Shown here piece by piece: positions 1-13,235 of a stretch of DNA of 64,000 nucleotides. Within the stretch, counting starts at the first letter, position 1; every line of letters starts with the position of its first letter. The translations under genes and the position numbers were made by a program. The stretch lies in assembly GCA_012295275.1 (NCBI GenBank), contig CM022679.1, forward strand, positions 21,390,001 to 21,454,000, written 5' to 3'. The notes below the pieces were generated by a model. The model did no database searches. It saw only the letters and a program-made list of their open reading frames with translations, and was not told the origin of the DNA. Source of the DNA: Chrysomallon squamiferum (taxonomy: Eukaryota > Animalia > Mollusca).

Positions 1-449
1 ATTAACACGAAACAGCACTTACACAACTTGTCTCACATTACGTACACGAAAAAGAAAGGTTATCTGCGGGATCCCGCAAGCATTAGAACATTTAGCAACA
101 AATAGATGTTTTAATATATTCATCATCTTCATCATATTTGTAAATTATTATTATTTTATCATTAGTTTGTTTTATTAACTTTTTTTTTTACATTTATTTA
201 TTATTATTTTTATTCTTATTCTTATACATTTTTTATGCTACAGCAGTTTTATTACACTCGTTTCTCCGAGTCGGTTTATTTTTATTACTTTGATTTTGAT
301 GATGTAACATTTCGTACCTAATTACAAAACAATGCTGCTGTAGTACTTTTAGTACATTTTCTACGGTATCGATACGTTAAAAAATATATTTTAACAAAAT
401 TTCTTTAATGTCACAAAGTAGCACTTAAATTTCTTTGGCACTAAGCAAG

Positions 450-535
450 TTAATCATATTCAGAGCCAATGGTGATGCTCAAGTCGCCCGGTTCTACGTA
501 AGTTGCATGGTACCACTCGTTTGAATCAAATACAA
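450..535 (-). CDS. JmjC/cupin-like protein, last coding exon (FVFDSNEWYHATYVEPGDLSITIGSEYD*)
   Basis: ttcag|TT acceptor, phase 1. WYH supplies the distal metal-binding His. TAA at 452-450. Spliced CDS is 1050 nt = 349 aa. Confidence 0.92.
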
Positions 536-574
536 CTGAAAAACAAATAATACATGGTATTAATAGTCTACGAG

Positions 575-579
<5 letters not shown>

Positions 580-651
<72 letters not shown>

Positions 652-691
652 TCTGAGAGGGTCTCTGTGTGTGTGTGTGTGTGCGCGCGCG
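580..691. repeat. (GA)n and (GT)n(GC)n microsatellites (representative; other long GA/TC tracts at ~19656, 20374, 34578, 36691, 40998, 49764, 50528)
   Basis: Directly visible dinucleotide runs. Confidence 0.97.
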
Positions 692-1313
692 CAAGACGCC
701 TGTACATTCATGGGACAATGAATCAACATTTAATGAACTCTTATAACATATCGGTTTTATTTTAAACAATCAAAAGCATTACGTTTTGAAGTTTTGTAAT
801 GAAAAGTACGAAAACTGATGGAGAACATTGTTATATTACTGAATGTACATACATATCCATTAATTCAACTAAAATGATGTTTTTCAACAAGAGGTAAATA
901 AATTAATAAATGTTAACAATTCAGATGTACTTGGGATAAACAGTTTTTACAAGAAAAAAAAAAGAAAAAAAAGAAATAATAAAAAATTATTATGGACGAC
1001 CTGTGATCGCTCATATCAAAGTATGAAATAAATATTCCGTTATAAATATGCGACATGATATATGCGGCGGACTAATAGCTGTTTTCAAAGCAAATCAATT
1101 CGAACTGTACGCAGTGACGTCACAGCTAGAAAAAACTGTCTGCGCCTATGCATTTTGTGACATTGTACTACGTTGTTAATTAAAACTGGTCTGTAAATAG
1201 AGAAAATATAACTAGGATACTTTTAGACGATTTCGTAGCATCACCAAAAGTACACTTTAAAACACGCTGTTCCATTTTTGTGCAAGTTTGAAAAAAACTG
1301 TCTGCATACTTAC

Positions 1314-1443
1314 AGATATCTCCCTTCTCCACAGTGACGTTCACTTCGTGACACACTGACTCACACTCGGGACTGGGAATCATGCGCCAAGTCTTAGCCC
1401 CCGAAATCTGAGCCTGCCAAGACGGTCGTCCTACCATGTCGAG
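1314..1443 (-). CDS. JmjC/cupin-like protein, coding exon 3 (LDMVGRPSWQAQISGAKTW...VEKGDI)
   Basis: ttag|CTC acceptor and T|gtaagt donor. 130 nt. Completes the H-L-D motif and carries the WQAQxxGxKxW and GD cupin motifs. Confidence 0.92.
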
Positions 1444-1751
1444 CTAAACAAACAATACGTGAAAACAAGATACCGAAATATATGCTACACATATACACAT
1501 ACATATACACATACATACACATACATACACGAGTAAGTTATCTGATTGAAGTTTTTAATTTCGTTTTATAATAGAAATCACTTTTTTTTTTTTTTTTTTT
1601 TTAAATGGAATATTTTCTTACTTTCTATTATTGTTTAAAATCGCAAACATCTCATTTATATTATTATAATCCGGCTCATGTAGCAAGAAAAGATGATGTT
1701 CAAAACACCAAAGAAAAGAACGAGACAGGCAAAAACAAAACAACTATTTAC

Positions 1752-1887
1752 GTGTACAAATGCTCCTATTCCAGGTCCACCCATAAAAATCCAGTCGATT
1801 GTGCTCGATTCCGAGTCGTTGGGCAGGAAGTATGGACGCCGATAATGTTGTCGTAGCTTAGCTGCCACTTCTTTGTGACAGTTGCTC
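1752..1887 (-). CDS. JmjC/cupin-like protein, coding exon 2 (SNCHKEVAAKLRQHYRRPYFLP...WIFMGGPGIGAFVH)
   Basis: tag|G acceptor and CAC|gtaaat donor. 136 nt, phase 2 to 0, in frame with both neighbours. WIFMGGPG..AxxH is a typical JmjC strand before the HxD motif. Confidence 0.92.
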
Positions 1888-2332
1888 CTAGAATTACAAA
1901 CAGATGCGACGTTAAAAAATAAAAATCCAACACTCACACAACACACACAGAGAAATCAAAATTTGAATATTGAAATTTTACAGTAATGTACTTTCGATTG
2001 TCCACAGGTTTTTTTTTTTTTTTTTTTTTTGGAATATTAAACCCGTCAAAACCATTTTTAAAATACTCTAATGCTGTCTCTGTCTTTCTATATAAATAAA
2101 AACATGTCGATTCCCAGCATCATATCTTTTATACGCACAGTCTGTAAAACATACACCAAGACGGATGATAAACCACTACGTCATTTACCAGTTACCATAA
2201 CATAAAACATCAGTACACCCAACACCCCCATGCCGTACTAATTTTATGTTTTCGAGAAGATTTCTGAGAACGAAAATTCAGCATCAACACTGACAGGTTT
2301 ACATCATGTTTTGTTACGATGTCAAGTCTTAC

Positions 2333-3030
2333 CAGCCGAAATACCAAGGGTCCTCTCCGGGTTCGTAGCGTGCTCTGGCTTCAGACATGTTGAATGCTTC
2401 CCCCAAAGACGAAAATTCAGTTTTGTACGGGAAAAACTGGCATTCTTCCTCCACCGACGTGAGAGCTCCTTCCGTTTCCGTGTACAGTTTCTTGAAGTAA
2501 TCGAAAGTGAACAAATCCATCGCCGTCCAGTTTTTTGTTGCATCTTTCACCAGCAGCGGCACCTTCGTGTACGCGAACTTTTCCAAAAACCTTTCACTCG
2601 TAATCATTTTTTCAACTGGGACCGATTTCAGGTTCTTGCAAACGTCACAATTCGCCAGAGGGCGCGCCATCTCCGAAAATAAGATATTGTTGCTTATGAG
2701 ACACCTCGAATCGAAAATTAGTTCGTGGACGTAGTCTCTCACACCGAACCTATAAGCTACAGCAACGGCGATGACGACAACGAGCACTTGGGCCTGGAAA
2801 GATCTGTTTGACAACAAGATCTTTATGTCACGACGTTTGTCTGGGCAGACGAAACTGTTACGGATGTCTTTATCCGACAGTCCTCGTTTCAGCGCTTCTT
2901 CGCGAAGTTTGACGAACTTTTCCGTAAGTTCTTTCGCTTTATTTTTCTTGTCCAAACCATCGGTCTTCGCGTGGTCGGTGGTCGTCCCGTTAGCTTCATT
3001 CTTAGATTTCACTGAATTTCGTTCCGCCAT
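2333..3030 (-). CDS. JmjC/cupin-like membrane-anchored protein, coding exon 1 (MAERNS...EDPWYFG-W)
   Basis: ATG at 3030 lies 7 nt after a ttctttcag acceptor (exon starts 3037). Donor TG|gtaaga at 2332. Encodes the hydrophobic segment QVLVVVIAVAVAY, a CDVC motif and a JmjC-type N-terminal region (FLEKFAYTKVPLLVKDATKNWTAM). Confidence 0.9.
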
Positions 3031-3764
3031 GTTAAATCTGAAAGAATTAACGAATGAATGCATGGATAGATGAATGAATGAAAAGAATGAATAAATAAGA
3101 AAGAAGACATGAATAAATGAGTGGATGGAAGAATGTTCAACGAATGTCGGGCCCGAAAAATAATTTAGCTGTATACGCATACAATTAAACGAAAACGTTA
3201 ATCCAAATATAAGAAAATTCGGTTACGACATGATTTCATTTTAAAAAAATAATCCTTATGGTTTGGCAGGCTACTTTGGAAAACTGATACTAGGCATCTC
3301 AGATGCTTGACAAACATGTTTATCAGTGGTTTTCTAATTTTGTGAGGTTTGCCTTCCTGGATATTTCCATATTATGTACCAACCTATATACCTCAACGAT
3401 TGCACCTATCATTTAAAATTAAACACATGAGTTATTCCTAACTAACCTTAACTCTTCAGTTAATTTTAACATTCATGCTAACCACACAAAATAAAAAAAT
3501 ATTTTCAAACCCTCGTTATCAAAGATTTAAATTAATGTTATTAAATTATTAAAATGGAGCACGTTAAAAATTAATGCTTTTTCAAGTTATGACTTGACAA
3601 AAAAAAAAAAAAAAAAGCTGCCATGTCAAGTCTCTTAATCAGTTGCTAACACTCGTAACTATAAATAAACGTGATTCAGAACACAAACTCTTCGTCAAGA
3701 TCCCCAGCTCGGTGAACAAGTGTTTGTAACTTCAATCACCTGGAACATTAAATAAACCTGACTC

Positions 3765-4155
3765 TGAACACTACCTTTTAATAAGCAATCCTTCACCTAC
3801 TGCTTCGTCTGCGAAACACCCGGAACTTGAATTAACTTAATATAGAACACTACCTTTTGTGAGCGAATGAAAATAATAACAATAATAACGTGCTAATCAG
3901 AGCAAACTGGGGGTCGTATTAACCTTTTTAGTATTTACCTTCTTCATATACTGTTACGTCTGTAGAAAAAGCATTTTTAAATTCTGACACCCGGAATTTG
4001 AATACACTTAACATAAAATATTACCTTTTAGTAAACAAGCCTTTTCAAAAGGTTTCGTCTGGGTACAGCTATTTTTAAATTCTAACACGCGGAACTTGAA
4101 CTAACTCGACAAAGAAGATTATCTTGTAGTAAACAAGCCTCTTATGTCTGTGAAC
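3765..4155. repeat. Degenerate ~80-100-bp tandem repeat
   Basis: Recurrent cacccggaacttgaa..aacttaa...actacctttt and ttcgtctg blocks (3817, 3988, 4086). Confidence 0.65.
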
Positions 4156-6339
4156 AATCGTTTTTTTTGTGTTTTTTTGAAGGTTTTTTTATTTCAATCA
4201 CTCGTAATGTTAATAAACTTTGCACTGAGTCTTTTTAATAATTAAACAACAGATCAGCGAAATTTCTGTTAATTCAATAAAACTGTTCTGAGGTGCCAAA
4301 AAACCGGGGACAGTAATACAAAACTTTCAGCCATACGTTAAGAGATTCACTAAATCCTGTAGCCTCATTGTTTTATCATTTAAAAAAAAAAAAAAAAAAA
4401 CCTTACCTGTTTTTTTTGTTTTTTTTTTTTTTCAAGTTATTTCAGTGTCTTTTGCGAAAAGGAACAAAACAGGATGAATTAGGTAACGTTTTGATGTTGG
4501 CTTCGAACACAACAATGAGGGAAAATGTTATTATTATTCTATAAAAAGTGGAAAGCGGATCGAAGGCAACTGGCGACCCTGCACGTACTGCATCGGAGCA
4601 GAGCGTGAAAAGCGTGATTGGAAAATATCACCTTTCTTGTAACAGATGCGAACCCCATTTAAACATCAGAAAGTAACAAGTGCTGTTGGCATGATGATCA
4701 ATAATTTCAGCAAAATGAAATATTATTATATTATGATGAATAAAAATCGTAGGTGATGATAGATGAGTGTCTTATGCATATTTGAGAGGTAAATATTCGT
4801 ACCATTCATAAAACACTGCGCTCTCTCTCTCTCTCTCTGTGATAAAAATAATTAACATATGCTAATAACTGGGGGGGGGGACCAGAACAACAGCAAGAAG
4901 GAAAAAAAAGGACTAAATTTTATACAAAGAATCTTTGCGATAGTTTATAATACGCGTTTGATATAAAAAAAAAAAATAATAATAAAAATAAAAAAAGAAA
5001 GAAAGAAAGAAAAAGTCACGAATAAAAGAGACTCGGTTCAAACATCCTCGATTAAAGAAGAGAAAACATAACTCGGAATGTTTACATATGCAAAGACGAC
5101 CAGGCTAGCTCAATTACAATAACAGCCACTCACAGTTCGATTTATTAAACCAAATAAATATTTGTTTTCCGATACTTCTACAAACTTTCTTGGATGGCTG
5201 TTAGAGGATTAAATTTTTTTTTTTTTTTTTTTTTTTTTGTTCTAATTGGCGTCAGGAATAACAGTCATGTTAGAAGTAGTAGTATTGGTAGTGGCAGTAG
5301 TAGTGTAATAGTGATACTTGTGGTTACGGTAGTAGTGGTATTAGCTGTCGTTGTCGTGGTAGCAGTACTAGCAGTAATAGTTGTTGTAGCGGTAGTAGTG
5401 GTAGTTGTACTAGTGATACAGACGTTATAGTTGTAATAGTAATATAAGTAGTCGTAGTTGTTACTGCAGAGGTTATTTGTAGTGTAAGCAGAAATAATAA
5501 AAATATATTGAATAGCAGTTGTAGTAGTAGTTGTTGTAGTTATAGAAGTAGTAACAGTAATAGCAAAAGTAGTAACAGTTTTTGTTGTTGTTTTAGTTGT
5601 AAAAGTAGTTGTTATAACAGACGTATCAGCAATAGCTGTAAAAATATTCTGAATTACTTTAGAGAACAACAACTTATTTTCATTAGATGGCCTTAACCAT
5701 AAACACGATACTGCAGAGAGCAAATAGAAAATCATAAGGTCGTGGGCTGTGGTAGTGAATTACTAATGGAATTATAACTAGCTTGTAAATATTAATGTCT
5801 GGACAGCCGCCGATTCATAACTGTTCGAACGTTAAATGTAATTTATTATTTATTTGTTTGTTTTTTTTAGTCGTTTTGTTTACTGGACTAGTATTAGAAA
5901 TAAAGTCACAGTATTCTGTATAAAGTGGATGTATGTTTAACAAACTTAAAACAACAACAACAATAATAATATATTTTTGTTAAACATACAATCACTCTAG
6001 GCAGAATTCTATGACACTGTAATACTAAAGCAGTAATCAAAACTACCAAAATAAATAATTGTTCTCTAAATTCTTGCTGAAATAATATTGAAAATCATCA
6101 TAGGCCATCCTATCAGTATAAGAGAGCAGAGAGAAAAAAAATATTATGAGCATCGTTTGCTGAGAAAATGCTGGTGAAATGAAGTATTTATTCGACACCA
6201 TTTCAACGACGTATATGTTCCTTTTATAAAAACCAACAGTGGAACTTCTTATTTGACATTCCATTTTTTCAAACGTTTTGGATTTTTCTGCTAAAATGGC
6301 CGGTTTCCTAAAATGTTTTGCATTCACTAAATATGTAAC

Positions 6340-6870
6340 ATATCATAGCCGATGATAAACAACAACAAGAAAAACAATAATAATAATATTAATAATAATC
6401 TAAATGTTCTAGTGACGTCGTTAAACAAATGGTTTACTTAAAATAGCCAATGATATAAAATAAAATAGTGTTCCTGTGACGTCATTAAACAAATGTTTTG
6501 CTTCCAGTAAAACATAATAAAAAAATAATCAAAATGAAAATTAATTTGCAAAATAGTTTTAGTAACGTCATTAAAAGTTTTACTTAAAATAGCCGATGAT
6601 ACAAATATAAAATAAAACGAAGTGTTCTAGTGACGTCATTACATGTTTTACTTAAAAATAGCCGATGATACAAATATAACAAAGTATTCTAGTGACATCA
6701 TTATGTGTTTTACTTTTTTTAAAAAGCCGATAGTGAAAAATAAAACAAAGTATTTTACTGACGTCATTAAACGTTTGACTTAAAATAGCCGATGATAAAA
6801 AATAAAACAAAGAGCTCTAGTGACAACGTTAAACAAATGTTTTACTTCCAGTGGTCGATGACAGAACAAA
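6340..6870. repeat. Degenerate ~60-bp tandem repeat carrying CRE palindromes
   Basis: Recurrent unit aaaatagccgatgata...gtgttctagTGACGTCAttaaac..gttttactt. Perfect TGACGTCA at 6477, 6631 and 6759. Confidence 0.85.
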
Positions 6871-7023
6871 AAAAATAATCTAAAATTTTATTTTACATTT
6901 TGCAAGCGTATACGTATTTTATTACTTACCTGCTCTCAGTGCACACAATATATGTTAGACAGACTGTTGTGAATTAATGTATAGATTTAAAACCACTCAA
7001 TGTGTGTAAATATATCACACTCC

Positions 7024-7039
7024 TAGTGCCCTCTGGTGT
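7024..7039 (-). promoter_or_regulatory. CTCF-like motif
   Basis: Minus strand reads acaccagagggcacta, close to the CTCF core CCACCAGRGGGCRCTA. Confidence 0.45.
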
Positions 7040-7562
7040 TTATTAGAGTATCCGGAAAACACATGCTATATTAATCTCGTTCAGGTCATTGTTATGCTTT
7101 GCTTTTGACCAAAAAAAAAAAAAAAAATAAATCTTGCACCTTGCTGTATTTACTTCAGTAGGTCACAATAATAATAATAAGAAGAAGAAGAAGAACAACA
7201 ACAACAACAACGACAAGCAACAACAACAATAGTAGTAGGTAATATAAGTATAGTAGTAACAGTAGTAGTAGTAGTTGTTGTTGATGATGATGTAGTAACA
7301 AAACACACACACATAGACATACATATAATTAAAAAGAAAAATTCACACCAGCAAAGCTTTTTTATTTATCACCTTACTGTTCAATACCAAATGATTACAT
7401 TTTCTGTATATATTATACAGCATTATTATCTAATAATAGTCCATATATCATATACGAAAAAAAAATTGTAATAGGTAATAAAAATATGTATTTGTAGATT
7501 TTGTTAGCGGATCTGTAGTTTACATGATATTTCTTAGCAATATAAATAAATTAATTAATGTA

Positions 7563-7593
<31 letters not shown>

Positions 7594-7622
7594 ACAAACA
7601 CAGACGGTTAAAATTTAGGATC

Positions 7623-7666
<44 letters not shown>

Positions 7667-7891
7667 TAATAATGATAATAATAATAATAATACAATTAAA
7701 CATATATATATTAAACAAAAACATATTTTTATTACACTTTATGTTATGGTTAACTAATTAGATCTAAATGCTATGACACAAAAGCACTAGGAATCAACAT
7801 ATTAACTTGCGCTTTAGAACACTTCCTTGGTATATAATTTATAACAGATCCATTATTTTATGTATAGACTTTGGTATTATTAGTAGTTGTA

Positions 7892-7945
<54 letters not shown>

Positions 7946-8111
7946 GTAATAATAATAATAATAATGCAAAAATAATGTAAAAGTATCAAAAAAGTAACTG
8001 GAAGTATGAAAATTAGCACTTTTTTTATACAAGTAAAAATAGCAAAAATGCTTTATATGCCTTTCTCAGCAAGAAATATAAATAAATAAACACCAGGTTA
8101 TACAAGATTGG

Positions 8112-8160
<49 letters not shown>

Positions 8161-8350
8161 GTAGTAGTATTTTTTAAAATATATATGTAATGATATATTT
8201 ATATATTCTGGTTAACTTAATCATCTAAAATACCATTACATAAATGCACTAGGAAAAAAGTAGCTTAAAATTGCACATTGGGACAATTTCATGGAAGTTT
8301 GTACAGTATACAGTTCATAATACATCCCTTATTTTATACAGACATTTAAC

Positions 8351-8400
<50 letters not shown>

Positions 8401-8468
8401 TAAAAACAACAACAACAATAATATCGGTAATGGTCAGTACATTCCTATGTGATAAATAACTAAATAAC

Positions 8469-8524
<56 letters not shown>

Positions 8525-8634
8525 GAAGACAGATTTAACTTAACAGATTATAGGTAGATTTCAAATAACATTACTCCAAATACAATGCAAACTGTTTCTT
8601 CTCTTCTCAACAAAATTAATTTGTATGTGTGAAT

Positions 8635-8703
<69 letters not shown>

Positions 8704-9012
8704 CAACAATAACATAAAAGAAATAAACAACAGCAACAAAAATGTAAATGGAAGTATACAATTTAACATACTTTCTTTATAAGCAAAAATAACAAACATC
8801 CTTTGATACATTTTTTTTTTTAAATATTAAACTCTTGTTGTACAAAATTTTACTATTGTATAATATATTTTAACATGCATTAAGAAAGAGTAAAGCACTT
8901 GGTATCTTTGTAGTACCCGTTAGAAAAGATTATCAAATATGTTGGAAATTCTTTTTGAAATTACTTGTTGAACTGTCTGCGTAGAACTAATGTATTTTAA
9001 TTTGTTGTTATT

Positions 9013-9063
<51 letters not shown>

Positions 9064-9833
9064 TAAATTAAAGATGGTGGCGAACTGCACTTTAAACTAA
9101 TTTTTTTCTGAAGATTTTTTCTTTCCTCTTTTAAACCTGAAATAAACAAACAAACAAATAAATTTAAATAAATAAATAAATGTAAATATATATGTTTATT
9201 TTTTATTTCGTATAATTACTGGTAAAAAGAAATATCAAAAACAAAACAAATGTGATGAAGATGTGTATATCGAATGACAAGTAGGTAAATAGCTTGACAT
9301 GCTTACACACACACAGGCAGACACTCAGACACAGAAAGTGAGTCAAACATAATTTTTCAAAATTGTGATTAAAAAGAAATAGAAATATATATATATTATT
9401 AATTTAAATAAAAATGCATACCAAGATCCTGAATTTCCTAGCCAGGACGGTTTTCTTCCAGATTTTCGAATCACTGGAACAGAAATAAAGAAAATTAAAA
9501 TTAAAATTAAAAAAAAGAAAGAAATCTGACATGTTCCCACTGAACGATTCAAGTAAATAGGTACGTTTTTATTCTTCAGTAAGAACGCACCTTTAGTTGT
9601 TGTTAAAGGGAGATCACTCAGTTGACCGTATTCGAATGTCAGTTCATCTGAATAAAAATATTTTCTATAAACTATTTATTTGTTTGTTTGTTTGTTTGTT
9701 GTTTTTATTTTTATTTTTTAAAATGTTGGTGGGATGGGGATAATCCTGTAATTTAGCTCAACTTAATGAAATGAAAGGACGTCTGCAACATTAGACATTA
9801 TTTTCACAATCTCGACGTGCTCGCAAATTACCA

Positions 9834-10083
9834 CTACAACCAGTTACCTCGATAGTCCACGTGGTGCTCGTTGTCGTGATGATGATGTTCATGATGATGT
9901 TCATGATGTTCATGACGTTCCGACTCATTCTGGTAACCATAGCCGTGACTGGTTACCCTAGCAACGAATTCCTGCTGTATTTTGTCTTCGGGAATTCCTT
10001 CTTGGAAGCCAAGGTCAGGTTTGTACTTCTCACTTCTCGAGGTTTCGTCCACTTCGTAAGATGAAATCTTGAATTCCACGTCT
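9834..10083 (-). CDS. Orphan membrane protein, putative distal alternative last exon, His-rich tail (DVEFKISSYEVDE...HEHHEHHHEHHHHDNEHHVDYRGNWL*)
   Basis: gtttcag|A acceptor (phase 2) and an isolated GC-rich coding-like island ending in TAG. Assignment to this gene is inferred from strand and phase compatibility. Confidence 0.65.
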
Positions 10084-10763
10084 CTGAAACAACGGATTTG
10101 CTTTGTTAAAATTACAGTAATTATATTTAAATAAAAAGATAATTTAAAAAAAAAAAAAAAAAACATTTCAGGCATTTTATGATTTTGGACATAATATATT
10201 CATGCAAAATTGTGAAATATTTCAAGATTAAGTGAGATCTGTATTCTTAGTGACAACCACGTCGAGGACGATGCTCATAATGATTGTTGTTATTGTTGCT
10301 GTTGTTGTTGTTGTTGTTACTGCTTTTGTCTTTCTTTGTTGTTTTATACTGATATCAAATAAACCTTATAACGTACAGCTCTTAATTTAATCCAAATTTT
10401 TGATAGCCGGCAAATGTTTTTTTTTTGTGTAATAATTTTTTAATGGTATACAGACACACAGACACACACACAGAGACACAGACACACACACAGACACACA
10501 CACACAGACACACACACACACACACACACAGATACACACAAACACACACACACACAAACATACACGTCTACGAGTCAGAGATAATGTTCCCAACACGCAA
10601 ACATGAAAGTTTCTCAGATGAAAATACGTTGAAAAAGTAATCGCACGCAAAACACATCTACATCATTGTACAGATATACGTCTTATTATTGATATATCTG
10701 CCTAACCCATTTGTAAATTATTTTTTCTAACAATGCTAAAGAAATAACAACAACAACAACAAC

Positions 10764-10837
<74 letters not shown>

Positions 10838-12532
10838 ATATATACTTGCAGTTATAAGCGTGTCTGTGTACACATATGTATGTATGTATATTTTTTGTGT
10901 TTATCCATGTAGGTATGTAATGTATATGTATGTAGAAGACTGCTTTGAATTGCTTTCTGGAAACTGATAAGATTTATATAATACTAATACACACACAAAC
11001 ACCTACAATTATATATCTTATTACTTTTGATAAATTCATAATCATTTTCTTCCCGTTTATAGTTTACTAATATATTTTATGACAGTAGCATATAACTCTA
11101 ACTCAGTGTCCTTTACTTCAAAAAATATACACGAACTAATCGCTATTTTTACTTCTAAACATTTTCGTTCTTCGCCCAATCAGTCACGTTTTATTTTTCA
11201 GCAATGAACGTATCGGCACTAAAACCCCGGCTTGGAAAAAAAGCTTTTTATTCTGCTAGGAAATCATTCTACCTAACGACCACGTTGTATTATTAAGCCA
11301 AATAGATTTGTATGGAAACTGTTCTACCTCTCGCCGTGGGCTATGATTAGGCAAATTTTGTGTTAGAATCAACGTGAATCTAAGTCGACCATTAAGAGAA
11401 ACATTTTTAAAGATTCTGTTAAAGTCTTTATATATTTATTTTTGTGCTATAAGCTTTCAATCAAAATATTTTTTTTTTTTTTTTTTTTTCTTTGTCACTG
11501 ACACGGTTCACTGACCCAGAAAGATAAAAAGGAAGAAAATGCAAAGAGGCGAGAAAAAACAAAAACAAAAAGAAAACTTTTTAAAAAAGCAACTATGAAA
11601 TTAAAAATAAATAAATAAAATATATAAATAAATAATAAATTAGAAGTAGTAGTAATAATTATAATGATTACAACACTACTACTACTACTACTAATAATAA
11701 TAATAACAACAATTATAACGGTAATAACAATAATAATAATGATGATCATGATGATCACGATAATAATGATAATAATAATGATGATGATGATAATGATAAC
11801 AATAACAATAACAATAAAGTCACGAAGTAACCCAACCCTAAGATCCAGTTTTAAAACTTCTTTCTTGTAAACATCCTTAATTTGTTTACCGGTGTTGTTA
11901 AAACGAAATACATTCATACATAATCTGATTCTAAAGTTTCTATTTTGGGCGTGTGTTTTGGGCGTGTCCGTAAAGTAACTTCGTGATCTTGTTATGACCC
12001 ACCCACCCACCCCCCACAATGTCAGCCAGTTCTTCACACAGTGCGGATCCAGAATAAAAATAACAAAAATAAAATAAGTTTCATTACAAAGTAAAACGAA
12101 CGTATACGCCCGTAAATAAAAAGGAAGGACCCGAATCGTTGTGTCTGTTCTGTCTTGGATCCTCACATACAACGACAGCAAACAACAACGACACCAGTAA
12201 CAGCTACGACAGCTATCACTACTACTACTATTACAACAGTTATTACTGCTGCTACTATTAGCACTGCTGTTATTACTAGGACATCTACTACTACTGCTGC
12301 TTCTAATGCTACTTATTTCTAGAAATACCAGTTATAACTACTACCACAACTACGTCAACAACAATAACAACAACAGCATCAAAACCAGTAATGTCAATCA
12401 AAATGATGATTGTTTCTTCTTTTTTTTTAGTTTATCTCATTTTTTTTTCTTATTTTTTTTTCTATTTATATGTGTGTGTGTGTATGTATGTCTGTATGTA
12501 TGTGTGTGTGTGTGTGTGTATGTCTGTGTGTA

Positions 12533-12584
<52 letters not shown>

Positions 12585-13203
12585 TTTCCCAATTTATCTT
12601 TCTTAATAATGCTAGTCAAACCGATGTTACTTGTTACAGGTTTTTTTTTCACCTGACAACAACAACTAACATGCATCTCCATGACAAAATCCTCTTTTTT
12701 TTGTTCTCAATACCAACTCGGTCCCTTCCCGTAACTTTTTTAAACCGAATCAGATAAGACTTGAAAACCGGTTATTTAAAAATAGCACTTCATTATTATG
12801 AAACGGAAAATCTTCAAATATTATGAAAGGCTTTGGAATGTACCTGCCCGAATCTTTTGTAACCCGTCTAACCCGTGGAGCTGTGGCGAGGCAGTGGATT
12901 ATTTAGTGTTAAATACTGAACACATAATTCTAATATAAAGAAGGTGTGTGAATAGAATTGCATGGAAAGACTGCTTTGAATAGCTTTGTGGAAACTGATA
13001 AGATTTATATTAAACTAATTAAAATAAACTACGCTAACTAATACATACATACAAACACACCTACAATTATATATCTAGACATATACATATATACAGACAG
13101 ATAGAAAGAAAGACAGACGCACTCATACACATAGATATCTAGACATGCACACATACATATACATTCACATACTTACATATACATACATACATACATACAT
13201 ACA

Positions 13204-13235
<32 letters not shown>

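Noticed and set aside
3031-3180. N-terminal extension of the 283-aa ORF (MRIQLNY...)
   Set aside because: It lies upstream of a clear acceptor at 3038-3039 in (ATTC)-like intronic sequence. The real start is ATG 3030.
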